A stretch of 63,626 bases of DNA, the filler included, from Collodictyon triciliatum (taxonomy: Eukaryota): assembly GCA_043381765.1 (NCBI GenBank). It is 8 parts of 8 records of this genome, joined end to end, with 100 filler letters (N's around TTAATTAATTAA, not from the genome) between each part and the next. Parts side by side here need not be neighbours in the genome. Positions count along the whole stretch, not along the records: positions 50,223 to 60,152 come from JBHJMP010002848.1; positions 60,253 to 62,281 come from JBHJMP010002971.1; positions 62,382 to 63,626 come from JBHJMP010003038.1; 5 more parts are not named here. The stretch is one strand, 5' to 3'. Positions 54,032 through 63,626 of the stretch are shown here, one piece after another. Within the stretch, counting starts at the first letter, position 1. Every line of letters starts with the position of its first letter. A program made the position numbers and the translations under genes. The notes below the pieces were generated by a model. It saw only the letters and a list, made by a program, of their open reading frames with translations. It was not told where the DNA came from and ran no database searches.

Positions 54032-55259
54032 AATGCACATGAATGCTCTTGGCTCTTGTCGATACGTTTGTGACTGCAACACACTTTGCCGGCTCAGTGG
54101 AGCCGTACGAGGTTGGAAATTCTCCGCTACACAAATAAAGAAATTTATATTTCTTGCACATCTTTATTCTTTTTATATAAGTTTTCTACCTTGCATCTTC
54201 GAGAAGTTTTGCGATAGGACTACCGATTCCAAGGGATGAAATAAACCGAAGGGCAGAAGAAAATAATGATAAAAAGAAAGTAAATACTAGACAAAAAATA
54301 TGGTATAATTTATATCGTATATCTGCATACAGGAAAGATGTAGTGCCCCCTTATTTTTCTTCCAGAGTGGGACGGGGCAAATCGAGCGGCACCACAAAGA
54401 ACCGAGACGCACCATTCCACAATAGGGATATTACTAGCACCTGCAACTACAAACACTGCTTATCGGGATTTTCTATTTGTGCATATAATGTCTATACTCC
54501 AATTTAATTTTCAATTTTTTTTAATTCTCTTCAAAGCAAAGCATGGGTCTATTTAAAGCGCAATGCAAATCCGATTTCGAGAATAGAGAATGTCGTTTTT
54601 TTTTTTTTAAATATTTAATTCCAATAATCATTTCCACCGTGTCGGGTATTTCTTGATTCAGTTTCAACTCACGCAAAAGAAAAAAGAAAATATAAAAAGA
54701 CAGACAGAGACACATACACACAAGCATATTATCCACCCAGGTGCATCTTCTCCTGGGTCTCCATTATCTTTCTGCAACTCCCCCACGTCCCTTGCCGCCT
54801 TCTCTCCGTCTCTCATCAGAGGCCACTGATTTAAAACGTAAACAAAATAAACAAATAAACAAACAAATAAATAAAAAGAAAACGAAAACAAGAACAAAAC
54901 TAAAGCACAGAACAGAACAGAACAGAACAGAACAAAGCAAGAAAGCACCAAAACAATACCATTAAGCAAATACATAAATAAATAAAAAAAAAAAAGAGAG
55001 AAAGAAGGAAAAGTAAGCAGAATGAGAATGAGACCCAAACTGCATCCACACCCACATCTCACTATACACAAAGACGCCAATTCACAGGATGATGCCCGGC
55101 TATCCTTTCCCCACTCGTCCACAAATCAACGAAACCAATAAAAAAGGAAAAGAAAAAAAGAAAAAAAGAAAAAAAGAAAAAAAAAGAAAAAAAAAGAAAA
55201 AAAAGAAAAAAAGCAAAAAGCAAAAAAGAAACACCCCGATGCCACGCAATAGGAGTCCC

Positions 55260-55541
55260 ATGCACCCAACGCCGCTGCACACGCGCGAGTGCCCGTTCTG
55301 CGGAGCCCCCCTCAGCGTGCGCGGCGCCTTCTGCCCACACTGCGGCAGCCGCCTGCCCCGCAGCGCCCCGGCCTTCGCAACGGCCTTCGCCCCGCCCCCG
55401 CCCCTCCGCCACGTCGCCTGGGACCCCCGCCTTGTCGCCACATACGCCCCATCCGCAGCCGCATCCCCAATCGCAGCCGCATCCCTGCAGCAGTCCCTGC
55501 GGCCCCTGCGAGACTCCCACCACCGCGAATCCGCCCCGTAG
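55260..55541 (+). CDS. Very GC-rich exon encoding a zinc ribbon (CPFCG-x8-FCPHCG); gene extent uncertain
   Basis: MHPTPLHTRECPFCGAPLSVRGAFCPHCGSRL. A possible GT donor lies just before the TAG. Confidence 0.5.
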   Translation: MHPTPLHTRECPFCGAPLSVRGAFCPHCGSRLPRSAPAFATAFAPPPPLRHVAWDPRLVATYAPSAAASPIAAASLQQSLRPLRDSHHRESAP

Positions 55542-55637
55542 GCATTCTCTACCACTGTCCACTCATTTCGCTTCTTTGCACGTCCATTCACTCGATTCGA
55601 CGTGTCTACATGCGGTCGCGCATTCCTTGCTCAAAAA

Positions 55638-55737
<100 letters not shown>

Positions 55738-56589
55738 TCTTCCTCTTTCGATTCATGGAATTGCATTGCATTCGCTCGATGGTGGAATCTTTGATTGATT
55801 TGCTTTGATTAGATTTGATTAGATTTACTGATCACTTTTTTCTTTTTCTTTTCTTTTCGTCTCCGTGTACGATAGAAAAAGCTGCTCAGAGGTCTCCTTT
55901 TTGGCTTTGAAAGGATTTCTCGTGATCTTTATTGCCGCGTTGACGTGTCGTCCGTGCATCGAAGGCGATTGGAATTAGTTGGATGCGTGTCATTGTTTCT
56001 CTTCATCTTGTATCCTTGTTGTGTTCCTTCTGACTTCAAATCACACATCTTTCTTGGGTGGTTGTTTTTTTTTTCTTTATGTTTTGTTTCTTCCATCTTC
56101 GCTTTGGTATTACTACTACCATTATGATGATGATTCAATTTTCAGTCAAATCTCTCTGCTCGTTTGTGTGTAAAAATTATTCAGGTGATGTTCAGTCATC
56201 CTGTACATGTTGCTCCTCACCTATCAAATGATTTCTTTACTATCTTATATCCTTTTTCTTCTCACCCTGAATTGTTTTCTTCTTTTTTTCATATTTGTAT
56301 TAAAACAAAACAGAAAATACAAAAATCAATCATTGAGTCAGAAAAAAAAAAGAGAGAGAAGAGGAGAATGAGGAACGATACATACATCTCTATTAAACAC
56401 ACCAAAGTTTTAATATACATTTGCTTGAAATAATGGTCTATATATTTTTTCCATAATATTCAATCGGTCTGTGCTATCCAAACTGCAGACCACTTCGTTT
56501 TTTCTCTCTCCAATCTGCAAAGCACATCATGAAGTATAATACCGTAGGATATCATCACAATGACAGAAAGATAAGGATGATGACCATAG

Positions 56590-56954
56590 TCAACAGTGCT
56601 CCGATAGGATTCTCCTTGGGCATTTCGGCCGTGGCATTTGATTGATCTCTTCATACGCGCAGAAATGATATCGTTGATGATGGATGGGACAGTCGATCAA
56701 GACAGCCCCGCAAACCAAACTGATTCGCAAAACCTCGCAGATCAGCCGTTGGGGCGCCTTGAAGGTATCATATGAATAGAGAAAGGTTTGTTGGAGAGGA
56801 GATAACTGCCCAAGGGATATGAGAATCTCTCGTACGCATTTGTCCTCACTACAGGAGAAAATAGACAAAGTTCTTTCTCCCTTAAGGAACAGACAAGAAA
56901 TATAGAGAAAACAAGAGAAATGAAAACATTTAATCAATCATCCTGTTGATAAGC

Positions 56955-56990
<36 letters not shown>

Positions 56991-57840
56991 AAAAAAAAAA
57001 ACCTTTTTAAAAGCAAAAAAAAAAAAAAAAAAAAAAACAACAACTGATCAGCAAAAAATGAAGTGGGATGAGATTGATGGAAACAATTTGTGACGAACAA
57101 GAGTTGAGAATCCATCCTTGCAGCTCTTTTCTTGACAGGATATTTGAAGGTTACAAAAGGTGGCGAAAGGGACATGTAGAATCTTTCTGCGATATAACGG
57201 GATGTGTACGGACCAATCTCATTCAATTAGTGTGATTGATAGAGATCAGGAATCAAAGTCAACTCGATTAAACAGGAAAATAAATAAATAAATCGTGATA
57301 AATAAATAAATAAATCGTGATAAATTTCAACAAGACAACACAAAATGAAAGAACAAGGGGAATATTGAGGAAGCAGGTGGATGGTGTGCACATAGTTTTG
57401 TCTTTGATAAAAAAAAAGTACATCCGACACGACGTGGTAACCGCGACAAAGTTCCGTTCACCTCATCACTCACATTAAATCTTTGGAAAGACAGAATAGT
57501 GTAATTATACAACCTATCCTTGCAAAATTAAAACAAAATCACATGTAAATAAATAAAAAAAAAAGAAGCTGAAATCGCACAGCATTTATTCTTTTTCTTT
57601 TTTTTTGCAAAGTGACAAGGTACATTTACTCATAGATATATTCTTCAAACTGCTCTATCTTTACACAGGGAGCACAGTTTATCCTATCAAATAACAATCT
57701 ATCACACGGACCATGACTTGAGCTTTTATCCTGTATTCTTTCAAATCATCTTTCTTTTCCACACATCCTCACCGCTGAGTCCTTATCTTGTCGGATTCTT
57801 CCTGGCGTCCAGCCTCACGGCCATGATTCCGATCGCCACT
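56590..57840 (-). CDS. Hypothetical multi-exon protein, 5' end unresolved
   Basis: Several GT-AG bounded segments (RINCAPCVKIEQFEEYIY; YIAERFYMSLSPPFVTFKYP; FEDKCVREILISLG...RILSEHC*) that mostly join in phase. No family recognised. Confidence 0.4.
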
Positions 57841-58396
57841 TCAACGCTGGTTATCGCACTGGGGTTAAATTGTCCATTTCCGATGATTCGTTTTTTTCGG
57901 TTACTTTGCTAAACATTTGTAACCGCTTTCAGTGAAAAACCTTTTCTGGAATATCAAAATCTTTTCTGGAATTTAAAAGCCTCAGGGAGTTTGCGACTAT
58001 CGGTGGGATAAGCCGTGGGTGGCATATCGCGGCTGCGAGCAAAGATGGGGGCTCTCTCAACCAGCCGAGATATCGTTGAGTGGATAAAGAGTGACAATCC
58101 TCATGCCAATGCAAGGGGATATCCATTTTTCAGTGGTGTCCTTTGAATATGGGGTGAAGAAATGGCGCATAAATACCATCCTTTTTGAAGGAGGGATATG
58201 ATGGCTTTGTGTAGCCAACCACAGGTCACATTTCTTTCATTTTTCATTATTATCCCACCTCGTTCCTATCCTTAATGTCTCTCTTTATTTTATTTCTTCC
58301 GTCATATTTAACACATTATCTCATTTCGAAAGTTCATCAAATTCTTTATATTTTCTTTTCGTCTCTTTTTTTTTTTCCCTTCATGTCGAAGCTATA

Positions 58397-59954
58397 TTAT
58401 GAAGTCTCCTTTATCCTGTGTTCAAAATATAAGGCTAAAGAGAGGGCCTTCACTCTCCTTTCCACGTATTCTTGCACTTGTTTCCATCCTATTTCTGATC
58501 TTGTTGGATTGCTCTTATGGAGATGAGTGACCTCCGCCAAGGCACCTAATGTTCAATCCATATTTTGTTTACATGTATGATATGTTCTTAAGTGGAGAGT
58601 TGGGTTCTAGTCCGTGAGAACAAAAGATGGAAACTGTCTATGACTTTATGTGCAGGGAAAAAAAAAATACGATAATTTAAAATTTTATCATCCACTTATA
58701 AATATTAAACAAACGCATTATAAAAGTGCTCTCTGAGGTTGCCAAGATGCATGCCCATCGACCATATCCATGTCTTGAAAATAATGATTATGTAAAGTAC
58801 GAGCCGTTGTTATTGTTGTATATTTTGGAAAAAAAGAGTTATGGAGGATTCTATAAAAACGATATTGTCGAAGAATAGAAAATCACGAATGTATAGAATC
58901 TGGTTAAATGGGAGAAATAGGAAAGAAATATCAGCGTATAAACAATTCATTTTCCAACATTTTAATGAAGGAAAACTGATGGTATAAACTTTTTCATACG
59001 GCAAGCGAAAAAAATAATTAAGAGAATAAAGAGAATAAAGAGAATAAAGAGAATAAAGAGAATAAAGAGAATAAAGAGAATAAAGAGAATAAATAGAATA
59101 AAGAGAATAAAGAGAATAAAGAGAATAAAGAGAATAAAGAGAATAAAGAGAATAAAGAAAATAAAGAGAATAAAGAAAATAAAGAAAAATAAAAATAAAA
59201 ATAAAATGATGGAAATAAGAAAAACATGTACGAAGGCTGGGAAGCACACATATAAATAAGATGAATGAGCTTAAAGGTGTTGAGATTACTTACAACAATA
59301 TTCCCTTAAGCATGAAGAAGTCGTATAACTTCGTCCAATGGCGCGAAAGACTCCTGTAATAATATTGGCATAAGCAGTATTATTAATGTCCTGGTCGTAG
59401 TTTCTTACAGCTGTTTAAAAGACATTAAATCTAATGAGAACATATAACCAAGGATTGAAGTCTGAATGAAAAGAAGCTAGAGAATTTATGGAGAAGTGTA
59501 TTTCGAAGAAACCAGTATTCATGTATCCCAGAAAGGTTTCGGTCAACGATGTTAAATTCAGTTTTCTTCTCGGACTAAAACGCCAAACAAATATGTTCCA
59601 ATTTTTTAATAGCACAATTTTAGGTATCTTTTCGTTATTCAAAGGATTGATTTCTTTTAAAAATCAAATAAAATTGATGGCCAAGGAAATGATGGAAATC
59701 CTGAGAACCTCTATTATCTTCTTTTGAATTAAATCCAGTAGCATCATACGAGCCAAGGTGATATCACTCTTGATGTCTTCTTTTGGTAAGCCATCTTTAT
59801 ACAAATATTTCAACATTCACTATTATTACTCAAGTAGAGGCACATCCTCCAATAATGTTTCTCGATATTATGAAAAAAAATCCACTTTTCACCTGAGTAG
59901 AACGATGTATCATTCTCTGGCTCGTTCAAATGCATCAAAAACAACACGATATAT
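58397..59954 (-). CDS. C-terminal part of a CHD3/4/5 (Mi-2/PICKLE)-type chromatin remodeller, 5'-truncated
   Basis: YIVLFLMHLNEP...DGLPKEDIKSDITLARMMLLDLIQKKI (DUF1086-like) and WTKLYDFFMLKGILLHGYGRWACI...YVERRVKALSLALYFE (CHDCT2-like), assembled across phase-compatible introns. Confidence 0.8.
59021..59190. repeat. (AGAGAATAA)n intronic nonamer repeat
   Basis: Directly visible in a CHD intron. Confidence 0.95.
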
Positions 59955-60048
59955 CTACATGTAGTTAAATTCAAAATAACATGTGAATGAAGACCTTAGC
60001 ATTTTTCCAGCAAAAGCGTATTGTGTGGTTTATAAATAACCATGGTGG

Positions 60049-60152
60049 TAAAAAAAAGACTAAAAAAGACTAAAAAAGACTAAAAAAGACTAAAAAAGAC
60101 TAAAAAAGACTAAAAAAGACTAAAAAAGACTAAAAAAGACAAAAAAAAAGAC
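60049..60152. repeat. (TAAAAAAGAC)n decamer repeat at contig end
   Basis: Directly visible. Confidence 0.95.
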
Positions 60153-60252
60153 NNNNNNNNNNNNNNNNNNNNNNNNNNNNNNNNNNNNNNNNNNNNTTAA
60201 TTAATTAANNNNNNNNNNNNNNNNNNNNNNNNNNNNNNNNNNNNNNNNNNNN

Positions 60253-60311
<59 letters not shown>

Positions 60312-60465
60312 AAAAAAAAACAAAAAAAAACAAAAACAAAAAAACACTTCCAGACCAACATCAACTGAGTGCCACGTGCTGGAAAAGTACTTCTCTGTGG
60401 ACAGCATATAATTCACCCGGCAAACGCTCATGTTCTAACATTTTCAGTAACAGGTATAGTAAAGG

Positions 60466-62112
<1,647 letters not shown>

Positions 62113-62449
62113 TCCCGCGGTATCTCTGCAGACGTGAGCCAGTTCCGTCTATACTGAACCACAAGTGAGTTTACTGTCATTTAGGTAGAATGTAAAAAAA
62201 AAAAAAAAAAAGAAATGAACTTTGCTCTTTCCCCTCTTTCCCCCCTACGACTATCTTGATTCTTTATACTTGCGTTCTTTTNNNNNNNNNNNNNNNNNNN
62301 NNNNNNNNNNNNNNNNNNNNNNNNNTTAATTAATTAANNNNNNNNNNNNNNNNNNNNNNNNNNNNNNNNNNNNNNNNNNNNCTTGCGATATCCTCTTTCC
62401 ATATATGCCTCTTTTTTTTTTTTTTTTTAATTTTGTCCCCTTGCATCAG

Positions 62450-63347
62450 GATGTCTCAGGTTCCTGTCCAATCCTGAAGGCTAGTTGCATCAAGTTTGTT
62501 ACGGTATTCAGAAACCAGGTAAACTCATATTTCTATCCTACTGTCGCCCATAAATCGAAAAAAGGGGATACATCCGTCTCTCCTATCCTACCTACCTACC
62601 TACCCACTCTCAAATGCATACTTCACTAAGAGTTTTCTGTTATAGTTTTTTTTTTGATAAATGCATTTACCACGAAAATATCAGATTCCAGCAAGTTTAT
62701 TCCCGGAAGTTTTCCCTCTACTTGTAAATTTCGTGGCCCATCCCAACTTTGTTGTATCGTCTTATGCGGCAACCTCCATCGAGCGATTGATGATTGTTAA
62801 GGATGGGCAAACTAACAGGTATAGATTTCGTTTGATTTTTTTTATCATCAGATAGAAACCCCTACATTTAAGCGTGACCAGTTTATTCTTTTTATGACAT
62901 TACATGTCATCGTACTGACCTTAGAAACGACAGGTACGGAAAGGACCAAATCAGACCCTACTTAACGGCTCTTCTCGGAAACCTCTTTGGAGTTCTGCGC
63001 CGCCCAGATTGCTTGGAGAACCATTACATCATGAGATGTAAGTCCCACAACTTGAATTACGACATTTGTGAACACACCATAAGTTTAAACCTTTGTAGGC
63101 ATCATGAGGGCTTGTTCGGTCGCCCAGGACGAAACTGGTCCCCTGGTTCCTACATTTATCGACCAGTTCAACACCATCATCGCTACTGTCTGTAAAAATC
63201 CTACGAATCCAGCATTCAACCACTACCTTTTCGAAACGATTGCATCTCTGGTGAAGTTTGTTTGCAGTGCCAACTCAGCAAGTGTGACAACATTCGAGAA
63301 TCTGCTATTTCCTTCGTTCCAGTACGTGCTGCAGACAGACGTTACTG
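62450..63347 (+). CDS. CSE1L: Exportin-2 (Cse1/CAS), internal fragment
   Basis: PILKASCIKFVTVFRNQ, VVSSYAATSIERL, ENHYIMRCIMR and VCKNPTNPAFNHYLFETI match Cse1/CAS motifs. Confidence 0.92.
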
Positions 63348-63560
63348 GTAATCTATTTATTTATTTTTATCTGAACATAACATCCAATTTTTTTTTTTAG
63401 CACACCTAAAAGAAAAAACTACGATAATACTACCCGTTCTGATTGGAAGAAGAATCGAAACTTATCATTCTATTACCATCCACTCACATCCTGTGACAAA
63501 TGAGCCCCAGCTCTCTAACAGCCCCCCCCCCCCCCCCCCCCCCCCCCTCTTCTTTCTTTT

Positions 63561-63616
<56 letters not shown>

Positions 63617-63626
63617 CTTTTTTTTT

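Noticed and set aside
60049-60152. Terminal (TAAAAAAGAC)n and other contig-end repeats as possible telomeres
   Set aside because: Each contig end carries a different repeat, several interrupt genes within introns, and none has a G-rich telomeric pattern. They are assembly breakpoints.

Overview
The window is not one locus. It is eight eukaryotic contigs (1-9954, 10055-20002, 20103-30047, 30148-40090, 40191-50122, 50223-60152, 60253-62281, 62382-63626) joined by an artificial 100-nt N44-TTAATTAATTAA-N44 linker. The genome is intron-rich, microsatellite-rich and probably protist, with GT-AG introns and the standard code (TAA, TAG and TGA all end genes). Manual splicing recovers two tandem ACOT9-type thioesterases, an ankyrin-repeat rhomboid protease, a multi-pass membrane protein with a SIP5/GW2/DA2-type RING, a disabled Kelch-repeat gene, a TCP11-like IQ protein, a polyQ membrane-anchored protein, a mitochondrial carrier, a GMC oxidoreductase, an ACAP-type BAR-PH-ArfGAP-ANK protein, an LRR-CaaX protein, the 3' end of a CHD3/4/5-type remodeller, Rab14 and exportin-2. 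Four items stand out: (1) an intronless multi-TM + LRR + group I truncated-haemoglobin fusion, a candidate membrane O2/NO sensor; (2) a signal-peptide protein with 21 HET-E-like WD40 repeats on a 93-aa Cys-rich tandem stalk; (3) three tiny insertions on three contigs that share one 3' end (TCGAATAAAGG-polyA) and carry target-site duplications, the footprint of an unannotated non-LTR retroelement family; (4) the ANK-rhomboid and TM-RING fusions. All family calls come from motif recognition by eye; no database search was run.
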